A DNA stretch of 30,098 nucleotides, from IMG/VR virus record IMGVR_UViG_3300025164_000436, positions 1 through 30,098 of that record, one strand, 5' to 3'. Under the pieces are notes generated by a model. It searched no databases, was not told the origin of the DNA, and saw only the letters and a list, made by a program, of their open reading frames with translations. The position numbers and the translations under genes were made by a program. Of the stretch, positions 1-9,021 are shown piece by piece (positions within the stretch are counted from its first letter, which is position 1; every line of letters starts with the position of its first letter). This stretch comes from a virus (Duplodnaviria > Caudoviricetes).

Positions 1-117
1 TGGACGCGGCGGGGCGCGCAGGCGACGATCTGGACGCCAGCTGCCGCCGGTCGTATCTGGTCCCTCGCCGGTCGAGGCGGTGGGCTCGTGGGGAAAGCCC
101 GAGGGTTGGGAGCTTAA
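1..117 (+). CDS. 3' end of an upstream (probably structural) gene, partial
   Basis: Frame 1 is open from base 1 (WTRRGAQATIWTPAAAGRIWSLAGRGGGLVGKARGLGA) to TAA at 115-117, directly abutting the next ATG. Confidence 0.5.
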   Translation, partial: WTRRGAQATIWTPAAAGRIWSLAGRGGGLVGKARGLGA

Positions 118-1074
118 ATGAGAGACTATGCCCTCGAGACGACCTTCGATGTGAAGTTCACGACGCGCCGCTTCTCCACGGGGGCGCCATTCACACTTGC
201 GGGCACGCCGGTCATTTCCGCATATGTGGGCAATTCGCTCACGCAGATCACCGCCGGCATCACCTTAACGGTTGACTTTGACGGCGTGACTGGACTGAAC
301 AACGTGCGCGTGGTGGCGACGAGCGCCAACGGCTATGCCGCGGGAAGCAACTACGCGCTCGTCATCACGACGGGGACGGTTGACAGCGTGTCCGTGGTCG
401 GTGAGGTGGTGGCCGAGTTCAGCCTCGAAGCGCAATCCCCTTTGCGCCCGACTGTGGCTGGCCGCACACTCGATGTGAGTGCAGGCGGCGAAGGAGGACT
501 GGACTGGGCGAATGTGGGGTCTCCAACAACTGTTGTGGGGCTCTCTGGCACAAGCGTCAAGACCGCGACCGATGTGGAGACAGATACCGTCGAGATCGGC
601 GTGGCAGGGGCTGGGCTGACAAACATCAACTTGCCCAACCAGACTATGGATATTGTCGGTAACATTACAGGCAATCTCTCTGGCAGCGTGGGATCCGTCA
701 CCGGAGCAGTAGGAAGCGTGACGGCTGGAGTCACGCTTGCCGCATCCGCCGTGCAAGCCATCTGGGACGCGCTCACCTCTGCACTCACGGCAGCCGGAAG
801 TATCGGGAAGAAATTCGCCGATTGGGTAATCGGAACTACGCAGACCGGGGACAGTTTCGCTCGGCTGGGAGCGCCTGCCGGAGCGTCTGTGTCGGCGGAC
901 ATCGTAGCGATCAAAAGCGACACTGCCGCCATTCTCGTCGATACTGGAACTACTCTGGACGGGCGCATTCCGGCAGCACTCACCACAGGTGGTAACATGA
1001 AGGCAGATGTGGTCGCTGTTAATGCAATAGTGGTCACTGGTTCTGGTACGGGTGCTGATCCTTGGGGACCGTAA
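118..1074 (+). CDS. Thr/Gly/Ala/Val-rich virion structural protein (decoration or fibre-like)
   Basis: 318-aa ORF with a beta-rich N-terminus, GNITGNLSGSVGSVTGAVGSVT repeats and a C-terminal VTGSGTGADPWGP; GGGAG SD-like sequence upstream; lies in the structural arm. Confidence 0.65.
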   Translation: MRDYALETTFDVKFTTRRFSTGAPFTLAGTPVISAYVGNSLTQITAGITLTVDFDGVTGLNNVRVVATSANGYAAGSNYALVITTGTVDSVSVVGEVVAEFSLEAQSPLRPTVAGRTLDVSAGGEGGLDWANVGSPTTVVGLSGTSVKTATDVETDTVEIGVAGAGLTNINLPNQTMDIVGNITGNLSGSVGSVTGAVGSVTAGVTLAASAVQAIWDALTSALTAAGSIGKKFADWVIGTTQTGDSFARLGAPAGASVSADIVAIKSDTAAILVDTGTTLDGRIPAALTTGGNMKADVVAVNAIVVTGSGTGADPWGP

Positions 1075-1326
1075 ATGGCTGATCCATGGGGCGGGAGTTG
1101 GAGCATAAGTTGGGGCGATTCGTGGGGAACTTCTGTTCTAGCGCCCTTTGGTACTGTTCCTGTTCGTTACGTTCTTGGAGTTATTCCAAATGTCGTGCCA
1201 GTTGAGACAGTCTTGACAAACGAGGCTGGGGTAGTTCCCGTAAGAGAGTTTGTTGGCCCCGCAAATGTCGTTCCTGTTCGTGAGGCACCAACTGAGGTGC
1301 CTCGCGTGCGTGTGAGGAAGGTATGA
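1075..1326 (+). CDS. Small repeat protein (Trp-Gly N-terminus, VVPV repeats), probably virion-associated
   Basis: 83 aa; WGGSWSISWGDSWG followed by four (T/V)VPV(R/E) units; ATGA overlap with the next gene. Confidence 0.6.
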   Translation: MADPWGGSWSISWGDSWGTSVLAPFGTVPVRYVLGVIPNVVPVETVLTNEAGVVPVREFVGPANVVPVREAPTEVPRVRVRKV

Positions 1327-1967
1327 TCATTGCCTGTATCAAAGTAGGCACAAAGTACGGACCAGAATATGTGAATCGTCTCGCAGTGATGATCTCACAT
1401 TACACGACCATCCCTATGAGATTTCTCTGCTTGACGGATGACCCTCAAGGAATTGACCAGTGTGAAACTGTTCCTATCGAGACGAATCTTCCCGGGTGGT
1501 GGGCGAAACTCGTGCTATTCAAACCACACGCGGCGCTTGTCGGTGAACGTGTTGTCTTTCTTGATCTCGACACCATCATTGTTGGTAATGCCGACTTCTT
1601 GTTAGAATACAACGGATCTTTCGCCATCCTTCGCGACTTCTATGTGCCTACAGGATACGGTTCTGCGATTATGTCTATCGCACCTGGTTTTGGTCAACGC
1701 GTTTGGTCTTGTTTTCTCGACGACTCTGTCAATGTTATGCGTGCATATCAGGGGGATCAAGACTGGATCAAGACAATGTTGTGGCCCCAACACGTGACTC
1801 TATGGCAGGACATTGTTCCCGGCAAAATCGTAAGTTACAAGGTTCATTGTCAGGAGGGTGTTCCTGTTGATGCAAGTATTGTGTGTTTTCACGGAGTCCC
1901 CAAACCTCATGATCTGCCCCCACATGATCATCTGCATCGTGTGTGGGAGAACGTCCTTTCTTATTAG
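1323..1967 (+). CDS. Glycosyltransferase, GT-A fold (GT8-like phage family)
   Basis: Motifs CIKVGTKYGPEYVNRL, FLCLTDD, WWAKLVLF, FLDLD (DxD), GDQDWI, SYK and VCFHGVPKP. Confidence 0.8.
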   Translation: MIIACIKVGTKYGPEYVNRLAVMISHYTTIPMRFLCLTDDPQGIDQCETVPIETNLPGWWAKLVLFKPHAALVGERVVFLDLDTIIVGNADFLLEYNGSFAILRDFYVPTGYGSAIMSIAPGFGQRVWSCFLDDSVNVMRAYQGDQDWIKTMLWPQHVTLWQDIVPGKIVSYKVHCQEGVPVDASIVCFHGVPKPHDLPPHDHLHRVWENVLSY

Positions 1968-1969
1968 AA

Positions 1970-2641
1970 ATGTGGTTTTTTCCTACGAGAAAACGTCCTG
2001 TTTGGTTACAACGCTTAATTGACGCGTGTGTCATGACAAACATGACAAGTCCGGGTATGGTAGTTATTGATGGAAAACGCACAGACTACCCCAACCTAAC
2101 CTTACCACCTAATGTGAATGTCGCCGCAACGGGCGAGCATTTGGAGTTTGCTGGCGTGCTGCGTTGGATTTTTGCCACATTCCCACGTGAGCCTTTTTAC
2201 GGCTTCATCTGTGATGATGGTATTCCCCGTACACCCAATTGGGATGTGGAGCTTGAAAGAACTGCTGGTCGCTGGTATGTTTCTTGCTCTAACGATTTAC
2301 TGCACGGCGCGGGCCGTTGGTCCTTTGGCGCACTTGGTGGCGACCTTCTTCGTGCTCTTGGCTTTTGGATTCCCCCTGGCTTCATCCATCTCTATGTTGA
2401 CAATGTCTGGGAGCACCTAGATCGTGAGCTTCACATAATGCGCTACAGACCAGACATTGTAATTGAAGAGATGCATTTTTCAAATGGGAAAGCCCCACGA
2501 GATTTAACTTATGAACGCATATATCGTGGACAAGCCTATGGGGCAATAGATCAAGCACTCTTTGAGGCGTGGGTAACAAGTCCGAAAACTGTCGAAGCTA
2601 TTGATAGAGTTCGTGCCTTGCTGGAGGCGCAAGATGCCTAG
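1970..2641 (+). CDS. Glycosyltransferase, GT-A fold (GT2-like)
   Basis: Start moved to ATG at 1970 (MWFFPTRKRP); PTRxRP N-terminal motif, GFICDD, GFIHLYVDNVW and IEEMHF as in phage GT2-like enzymes. Confidence 0.7.
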   Translation: MWFFPTRKRPVWLQRLIDACVMTNMTSPGMVVIDGKRTDYPNLTLPPNVNVAATGEHLEFAGVLRWIFATFPREPFYGFICDDGIPRTPNWDVELERTAGRWYVSCSNDLLHGAGRWSFGALGGDLLRALGFWIPPGFIHLYVDNVWEHLDRELHIMRYRPDIVIEEMHFSNGKAPRDLTYERIYRGQAYGAIDQALFEAWVTSPKTVEAIDRVRALLEAQDA

Positions 2642-3227
2642 TCAGACTGATTTGTTAAATGACGCACTTGGCCAGATCGGTGCAGCCCGTATCACGGCTA
2701 TTGATGATGGTTCGATAAATGCGAATCATTGTCAAACGTTTTACCCGGCCTTGCGTCGAGGTTTGTTGAGATCTCACCACTGGAACTTCGCTGAGGCGCG
2801 TGTGCAGCTCGCACAAGATGCTGTTGGTCCTGTTTTTGAGTACACTTTCTCGTACACACTCCCTGCGGATCTGTTGAAAATGAAAGAATACAACGGTATC
2901 AATCTTGATACTTCTACAGTGGAACTCACCTATCTGTGGAGAATGTTCAAGGTTGAGGGCCGTAAACTCTTGTCAAACGATGGAGAAGTGAAGATTGTCT
3001 ACGTTCAAGATGTTACGGACCCCAATCTTTGGGATGCTATCTTCTATCAGACTATCGCCGCATGGCTCGCGAGCAAACTCGCATCGGCGATCTCGAAAGA
3101 TGCGAAACTCTCTCAAGCATTGCTCATAGAAGCAACGCGTGTGCTTTTGCCTCTCGCACTCGCTGTGGACGGCCAAGAGTCGCTTGTCACACCTTTCATA
3201 GTAGACGATTTGATGTGGGGACGTTGA
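2634..3227 (+). CDS. Tail tubular protein A / adaptor (T7 gp11-like)
   Basis: GGAGG SD then MPSQTDLLNDALGQIG; LLRSHHWNFA, YTLPADLL and EGRKLLSN motifs; immediately precedes the nozzle gene. Confidence 0.85.
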   Translation: MPSQTDLLNDALGQIGAARITAIDDGSINANHCQTFYPALRRGLLRSHHWNFAEARVQLAQDAVGPVFEYTFSYTLPADLLKMKEYNGINLDTSTVELTYLWRMFKVEGRKLLSNDGEVKIVYVQDVTDPNLWDAIFYQTIAAWLASKLASAISKDAKLSQALLIEATRVLLPLALAVDGQESLVTPFIVDDLMWGR

Positions 3228-3228
3228 C

Positions 3229-4695
3229 ATGGCGAAGCCGCGCCGCATCCTCACGAACTTCTCTAAAGGTGAACTTTCACCAAACCTTGAGGGTCGTCCT
3301 GATCTTGCTGCCTATTTCGAGGGTTGCCAAACTCTTGAGAATTGGCTATTGCTTCGCCAAGGTGGAATCACCAGACGTCCCGGTACTCGTTTTGTTGCAG
3401 AGGTAAAAAATTCCTCACAAGATACGATCCTGATTCCGTTTGAATTTAGTGTCGATGATGCTTTTGTTATCGAGGTGGGCGTGGGTTACTGTCGTTTCTA
3501 CAAGAATGGTCAACGTCTTACCTATGCGGGAAGTGAGGTTCCTGTTGAGGTTACTAATCCATACGCTGCGGCCGATCTGCGCAACATTCATTATACACAA
3601 TCGGCTGATGTTCTTTTTCTATTTCATCCTGACCACCCACAGCAACGTCTGAGTCGCGTCTCAGACACTAATTGGTCATTAAGCCCAATTAGCTATCAGA
3701 CGCCTCCCTCGTTTGAGGCTGATACTGATGTGTCGGGCGCTGCTACGATCACGCCCGCGACATTGACCGGCAATGGTGTGATATTCACCGCGTCTGCTGC
3801 CGTATTTTTGGAGGGTGATGTTGGTCGTATTATTATACACGGCGCGGCGCGTGCAATCATCACCGCATTTGGCGCGAGTGCTGGGGATACTGCATCACCA
3901 AATGACCATGTGCGAGCAGACATTCTAGATGCGTTCACGTCTGGCGCATTGTCTGGTTGGTTGTTACGTCTCTCACCACAAGCGGCGCTTGATCCTGACA
4001 AAAAAGAGCCTGTAGGTGCACAAGTGACGCTTGTGGCTGACAAGCCAGCATTTCGTTCTGTAGACGTTAATAAATACGTGATAATCTATGGTGGTCTTGT
4101 GAAGATTACCACGTTTGACTCTGTTACACAACTCAAGGGAACCATCCAGAGTGTAATGTCCGTAACGGACGCAAATCCTGCTGCATCACCCGCAGGTGCG
4201 TGGACACTTGAAGAGATCTCGTGGAGTCTTGCGAATGGTTACCCTCGGACAGGTGAATTCTCGCAAGGACGTCTTACCCAAGCATCGACAAAAAAACAAC
4301 CCACAACCTTCTGGATGTCTGCTTCTGATGATTTTGATAATTACGCAATCGGTACAAAAGCTGATAACGCGATTGAGTATACAATCGCCGCGCGCCGGGT
4401 GAATCGCGTTGAATGGATCGCAGATCATGGTGGTTTGTTTCTTGGTACAGCCGGTGCGGAGTTCAAGGCAGACAGTGGAAAGACAGGTGAACCTTTTGGG
4501 GGAGATATCGTTCCTGCAATTAGGAAAGTTTCCTCTGAGGGGAGCGCGCCTATTCAGCCTATAGTTACTAGTGACAGACTTCTATTTATAGATAGGAGCC
4601 GCCGAAAAATCTTCGCATTGGCCTTTGATTTTGCCGAAGATAGTTACAAAGCAATCGAAGTTACAGGCATAGCTGATCACATAACAGGAGAATAG
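3229..4695 (+). CDS. Tail tubular protein B / nozzle (T7 gp12-like), N-terminal part
   Basis: TNFSKGELSP..GRPDL, GGITRRPGTRFV, LIPFEFS, YTQSADVLFLFHP, FSQGRL, GTAGAEF; stops at ADHITGE, short of the usual family C-terminus. Confidence 0.85.
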   Translation: MAKPRRILTNFSKGELSPNLEGRPDLAAYFEGCQTLENWLLLRQGGITRRPGTRFVAEVKNSSQDTILIPFEFSVDDAFVIEVGVGYCRFYKNGQRLTYAGSEVPVEVTNPYAAADLRNIHYTQSADVLFLFHPDHPQQRLSRVSDTNWSLSPISYQTPPSFEADTDVSGAATITPATLTGNGVIFTASAAVFLEGDVGRIIIHGAARAIITAFGASAGDTASPNDHVRADILDAFTSGALSGWLLRLSPQAALDPDKKEPVGAQVTLVADKPAFRSVDVNKYVIIYGGLVKITTFDSVTQLKGTIQSVMSVTDANPAASPAGAWTLEEISWSLANGYPRTGEFSQGRLTQASTKKQPTTFWMSASDDFDNYAIGTKADNAIEYTIAARRVNRVEWIADHGGLFLGTAGAEFKADSGKTGEPFGGDIVPAIRKVSSEGSAPIQPIVTSDRLLFIDRSRRKIFALAFDFAEDSYKAIEVTGIADHITGE

Positions 4696-4696
4696 T

Positions 4697-6310
4697 GTGC
4701 CCTACACGTTGCAACCGAAACCCGTACCAAAAAAGCTAATAAACTGGGCACTCGCACCTGCGTCTCTCGTCGGATGCTGCCCATTGATCCAAGGCGAAGA
4801 TCCTGTTACGACTCTTGAATATGTCAGTCGGCTTCCTGGAGACATTAATACGTTTGTTCCGGGAACGTTTGGGGCCACCACATGGCAGTCATGGGGCATT
4901 AACATGAATGGAGGTGGGGTGGATGGCGCGCGCGGCGTGGGCCTACCATCCACTGTGCTAGCGACCATGGACCCGCACCGTCGGACGATCGCATGGGCGC
5001 AGCGATTTACGGGGCCAGCAGGTGGAAGCGATGGCCGGACTGCATTCTACAATGCTCGTGCAGGTTTAGCGCAATTCACCATTCAAGCATCAGCAGAGGA
5101 TGGCATCACCACCGATCCGGTAATCGCCGTCAATTTTGGGCCGCGAACGTCGCCGCCGACTACGGGTGCCGATTCGCTTGACGGCAATGCGACCACAAGC
5201 TTAATGGATATCTGGCATGCCATTGTGGTGTCATGGAGTGATGGCACGGGAACAGATCCCACTGTGGGCATTCGCATCTGGGACAATGGGGTGCTCATTG
5301 CAAGCAAAGCGACACACGACAATCCGTTAAGCCCTGGTGACGCGCCAGATACTCTCGGACTCGTTGGGCATCCGAACGCAGCGACATCGGACTTTGAGTA
5401 TTGGTACGAACTCAACGAGTTTCTACCCGCTACTAGTGACATCCCGGGAAAGTTGTACGCTGACCCATACTACTTTTTCCGCGACGCTTCCCCACCAGCA
5501 GGTCCCTGTGATCCAGTTTTAAGCGCATCTGCTCGCGGTATTAAACTTGGATCAATCGCTTATTCGACGCGCCCTGATCCACGAGTCTACCTCGTACGTG
5601 AGGATGGTCAACTCATCGCGCTTACATTCTTTGTGCACGAAAAAGTCATAGGTTTTACCCGTATCATAACTGATGGTCTGTTCGAGGCTGTTGCTATTAT
5701 ACCGCGAGCTGGTGGAGGGCCTGATCAAGTGTGGGCTATCGTAAAACGCACAGTTCAAAGTTCTGTGCAACGATACATTGAATACTTTGAAGATAGTCTT
5801 GACCTTGGTCGTTCTTGGCGCTCCCTTCAAACAGACTGCGCTGTTGTGCGTATTAACGCACAACCATCAAACCAGGTCACGGGACTTGAGCATCTTGAGG
5901 GCGAGATTGTCGATGTTGTTGCTGATGGTGCATACAGGGGCACGTTTACTGTGACCTCTGGAACGATTACATTAGACGCGGACTACTGTCGTGTAGAGGT
6001 TGGTCTTCACTATGACAGTAAAGCTACCACAATGCGCCCAGCTTTTGAAGGTGCTGTTATTGAAGGTCTTCCTCGTAGTTGGGACACACTATGGGCACGT
6101 CTTCGTAATACGATTGGTGGTCGTGTCAATGGTGAACTTATTCAATATCCTGGGTCGGACCTAGACGCTTTGGAATTGTTCACTGGTGATCGAAAGGTTA
6201 CGGGCCAAGCGTGGGGTACTGAGGGACGGATTACAGTTGAACAAATCGAACCGTACCCGATGACACTTCTGGCGTTGTTCGGTACGTTGTCTACGGGTGA
6301 TCATGACTAG
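4697..6310 (+). CDS. LamG/ConA-like domain fused to the C-terminal part of tail tubular protein B
   Basis: AGGAG SD at 4686-4690 and GTG start; the first ~280 aa carry WHAIVVSW..GIRIWDNGVLIAS..LYADPY; the rest has IAYSTRPDPRVYLVREDGQL, VKRTV..RYIE, GLEHLEG, VEVGLHY, FTGDRKV and QIEPYPMTLLAL. Confidence 0.8.
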   Translation: MPYTLQPKPVPKKLINWALAPASLVGCCPLIQGEDPVTTLEYVSRLPGDINTFVPGTFGATTWQSWGINMNGGGVDGARGVGLPSTVLATMDPHRRTIAWAQRFTGPAGGSDGRTAFYNARAGLAQFTIQASAEDGITTDPVIAVNFGPRTSPPTTGADSLDGNATTSLMDIWHAIVVSWSDGTGTDPTVGIRIWDNGVLIASKATHDNPLSPGDAPDTLGLVGHPNAATSDFEYWYELNEFLPATSDIPGKLYADPYYFFRDASPPAGPCDPVLSASARGIKLGSIAYSTRPDPRVYLVREDGQLIALTFFVHEKVIGFTRIITDGLFEAVAIIPRAGGGPDQVWAIVKRTVQSSVQRYIEYFEDSLDLGRSWRSLQTDCAVVRINAQPSNQVTGLEHLEGEIVDVVADGAYRGTFTVTSGTITLDADYCRVEVGLHYDSKATTMRPAFEGAVIEGLPRSWDTLWARLRNTIGGRVNGELIQYPGSDLDALELFTGDRKVTGQAWGTEGRITVEQIEPYPMTLLALFGTLSTGDHD

Positions 6311-6319
6311 GAGGCCGTG

Positions 6320-7768
6320 ATGATAGTTTCAGATGTCGCTGCGCGTAACGATTATGTTGGTGATGCTAGTACAGATCACTTTGTTTACACTTTTGCCATC
6401 ACCAACAAAGGACACATCGAGGTTTTGAAAGATGGTGTAGCACTCACTCTCGATACGGACTATACCGTATACGGTGTGGACGATGAGGTTGGTGGTTACG
6501 TGCTCATTTCACCTGCGCCTGCTACAGGGGTCAAGATTTGTCTCTTGCGAAAGCAACCCTTCTCGCAAGAGAGTGTTTATCAAGCTAACGAGGACTTTCC
6601 GGCAAAACGACTTGAGAAGGATCTCAACAAAGTCGCAATGGTGGTTCAACAGTTGCGCGAGATTTCAAGGCGAAGCCTTGCGTTCGCAAAGAAATCGCTT
6701 CTCACAAATCCTATTTTGCCTGATGGGGTTGTGGGGAAAGTTCTCAGTTGGAAAACAACAACGGAGCTTGAAAACATCGATCCGGCTGTTTTTGTGCCTG
6801 GAGCGGTCTCGCTTCCTCTATCAATTGCAAACGGTGGCACCGCTGCGGCCACAGCAGCAAATGCCCGTACAAATCTTGATGTACCGTCGAACGCTGAGGC
6901 TATTCTAGATGCGCTTTTGACAACAAAGGGAGATCTCATCGCGGCTACTGCTGCCTCAACTCCCGCACGCCTGGGCGTGGGCACAAATGGTCAAGTTCTT
7001 ACAGCTGACTCAGGTGAGTTAGCAGGTGTAAAGTGGGGTGCTCCCGCGGCTGCGACACCTGTCGGTGCTTATGGTGTTCGCAACCTTGTAGGTCAAAACG
7101 ATGCTGTAACACCAAACACAAAGTTTGGTTACTCGGCCGATCTTGTGGTGCTGAGAAAGGTAAGCGACAATACTACGGTTGTCAAATCGAATACAGGAAC
7201 GCTCACAAATGACGTCACTGTAAGTGCTGGTTCGCCGGATGGTCGTGACCAGGCTGCGGCTTTTTCTGCAGGATCATGGATTCATTTTTACTTCATCTGG
7301 AATGGCACTACGCTTGGCACACTCTCTAGTTTGACGGCACCACCAACGGGTCCTACACTTCCAAGTGGTTATACACACTGGGCTTATGCTGGTGCGGTAA
7401 GGTACAACGCAACGCCTGTGCTTGTTAAGACATACTGGAGAGGCGCGCATGCTTACTACCAAACGATAATCAACGTTGTAAACGCCTCAACGGCTACAAC
7501 TGAACAGACAGTCTCTGTCTCTACCCAGGTACCGCCTAATGCTCTTGGATATACGCTATTCGTATATAAGACGGCGTACTCAAACGAAAAGTTCCGTTTG
7601 GTCACGGGTGTAGATTGGACGCGCGGTGTGACAAGCGGCAATGTTGGGGATTACAATTACGCTCTAAACCTCCCCAACGTCGCGCAAGAGTTCTTCTTTA
7701 TCAAAGCGACATCTAACGCAATTGATGTCGACGTGGTTGGTTACAAAATGCCAAATGGGGGAGAGTGA
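6320..7768 (+). CDS. Tail fibre protein (T7 gp17-like N-terminal anchor)
   Basis: GGAGG SD; N-terminal YVGDASTDHFVYTF..DYTV..FPAKRLEKDLNKVAMVVQQL; NGGTAAATAANARTNL and TTKGDL..RLGVGTNGQVLTADS linker motifs; distinct C-terminal domain. GTG at 6317 is an alternative start. Confidence 0.85.
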   Translation: MIVSDVAARNDYVGDASTDHFVYTFAITNKGHIEVLKDGVALTLDTDYTVYGVDDEVGGYVLISPAPATGVKICLLRKQPFSQESVYQANEDFPAKRLEKDLNKVAMVVQQLREISRRSLAFAKKSLLTNPILPDGVVGKVLSWKTTTELENIDPAVFVPGAVSLPLSIANGGTAAATAANARTNLDVPSNAEAILDALLTTKGDLIAATAASTPARLGVGTNGQVLTADSGELAGVKWGAPAAATPVGAYGVRNLVGQNDAVTPNTKFGYSADLVVLRKVSDNTTVVKSNTGTLTNDVTVSAGSPDGRDQAAAFSAGSWIHFYFIWNGTTLGTLSSLTAPPTGPTLPSGYTHWAYAGAVRYNATPVLVKTYWRGAHAYYQTIINVVNASTATTEQTVSVSTQVPPNALGYTLFVYKTAYSNEKFRLVTGVDWTRGVTSGNVGDYNYALNLPNVAQEFFFIKATSNAIDVDVVGYKMPNGGE

Positions 7769-8167
7769 TTGAACAATACAAACGACTCACGTTTTCACGT
7801 TCCTCCCGTTAAGTGGAGCCACGCATTTGTGTCTGTCATTTTTGCTCTCCTGTTTTTTCAGACCTGGCTTGTGTGGCGAAACCTACAAGAGTGGACTTGG
7901 GCACGAGAAAGCCAAATAGCTATTAGCAGTCGTATTGCTCAAGACCGGCAAGCACTCGCGGCGTTCCAGGTGCGTTTTGGAAATGAGCTACGCCTACAGA
8001 CATTTAGTCGTGCCCTTCCAGACGATGAGCAACGTTTGATGCTCCCAATCTTGTTTAATCGACTTGATGCTGATGCTCAGCAATTGTTGTTGAGTATAAA
8101 GTTGCGCTCTCTCAATGTTATCGGGGAGCAACAGGCGCCGAACATCATTTATCGAGATAGGCGATGA
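7769..8167 (+). CDS. Hypothetical single-pass membrane protein
   Basis: TTG start after GGGGGAG; hydrophobic stretch AFVSVIFALLFFQTWLVW; ATGA overlap with the next gene. Confidence 0.55.
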   Translation: MNNTNDSRFHVPPVKWSHAFVSVIFALLFFQTWLVWRNLQEWTWARESQIAISSRIAQDRQALAAFQVRFGNELRLQTFSRALPDDEQRLMLPILFNRLDADAQQLLLSIKLRSLNVIGEQQAPNIIYRDRR

Positions 8168-8595
8168 CCCCACGGCTTATACCATTTAAGGCTGAGCATC
8201 TATTGGATTTTGTTGACCGAGATCTTGTGATGCTCTGCGATATAGAGCTTGGGGTTGCTCGAGAACGCGGCGGGCCAGCCTTCACAGGCATGATTGATGA
8301 CACAGTTCTTGGTTGTGCGGGTGTCACATTGTTGTGGCCTGGTGTAGGCATCGCGTGGATGGTTCTCTCAAAAGAGATCGATCATTTTGGTATTTGGATG
8401 ACCAAAATGGTTCGCGCGGCACTCAGCGACGTTATGCGTAGTTGTAACTTGCGCAGAGTCGAGGCTGTCGTTCTTGCAGATGACGCACGCAACCTACGAT
8501 GGATTAGAACTCTGGGTTTTGCTCGGGAAAATGGGCTTGCGCGGGCATACACACAGGACAAACGTGATGTGGTACGTTTTGAGTTAATCAAATGA
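8164..8595 (+). CDS. GNAT-fold protein (T7 gp13-like position)
   Basis: GCAGVTLLWPGVGIAW, LRRVEAVV, NLRWIRTLGFARE; located between tail fibre and ejection genes. Confidence 0.7.
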   Translation: MTPRLIPFKAEHLLDFVDRDLVMLCDIELGVARERGGPAFTGMIDDTVLGCAGVTLLWPGVGIAWMVLSKEIDHFGIWMTKMVRAALSDVMRSCNLRRVEAVVLADDARNLRWIRTLGFARENGLARAYTQDKRDVVRFELIK

Positions 8596-9020
8596 GGCTA
8601 ACCGATCTTCGTCCGATGTTGGGGGAAGATGAAAAGCAAGTACGTGAACTATTTGAACACTGTCATCCTAATAAATACGCACAGCCCGAAGGTTGGTACT
8701 TCGCACATCCCACACTTGTGGCGTGTGTTGATACACGTATCGTTGGCTTCACATCGTTCACGATTGTCGTCATAGCGGGACATGGTCCTACACTCTATGG
8801 CGAAGACCTTTGTGTGCATCCGGAATACCGTAGATACGGTATTGCGACAAGTTTGCACACAGCGCGCCTTGTCATAGCCCGTGATGTTGGTACGCGTATC
8901 TTTATGGGGACAGCGCATAAAGATAACAAAGCAATGGAGAGAATCTTACTCGCCGCGGGTGCTCATGTTTGTGTATCTATCGGCGACGATATTCTTTATG
9001 TCGGTCCTGTAGGAGTATGA
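8592..9020 (+). CDS. GNAT family acetyltransferase
   Basis: Acetyl-CoA-binding motif A LCVHPEYRRYGIATSL; DNKAM motif. Confidence 0.8.
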   Translation: MRLTDLRPMLGEDEKQVRELFEHCHPNKYAQPEGWYFAHPTLVACVDTRIVGFTSFTIVVIAGHGPTLYGEDLCVHPEYRRYGIATSLHTARLVIARDVGTRIFMGTAHKDNKAMERILLAAGAHVCVSIGDDILYVGPVGV

Positions 9021-9021
9021 C

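Noticed and set aside
126-1106. Long antisense ORFs (e.g. 351-1106, 265-756) and similar shadows across both arms
   Set aside because: They lie opposite well-supported genes, lack SDs or motifs, and are expected from codon bias
6320-7768. Diversity-generating retroelement or invertible tail-fibre cassette
   Set aside because: No reverse transcriptase, invertase or template/variable repeat pair was noticed in the window
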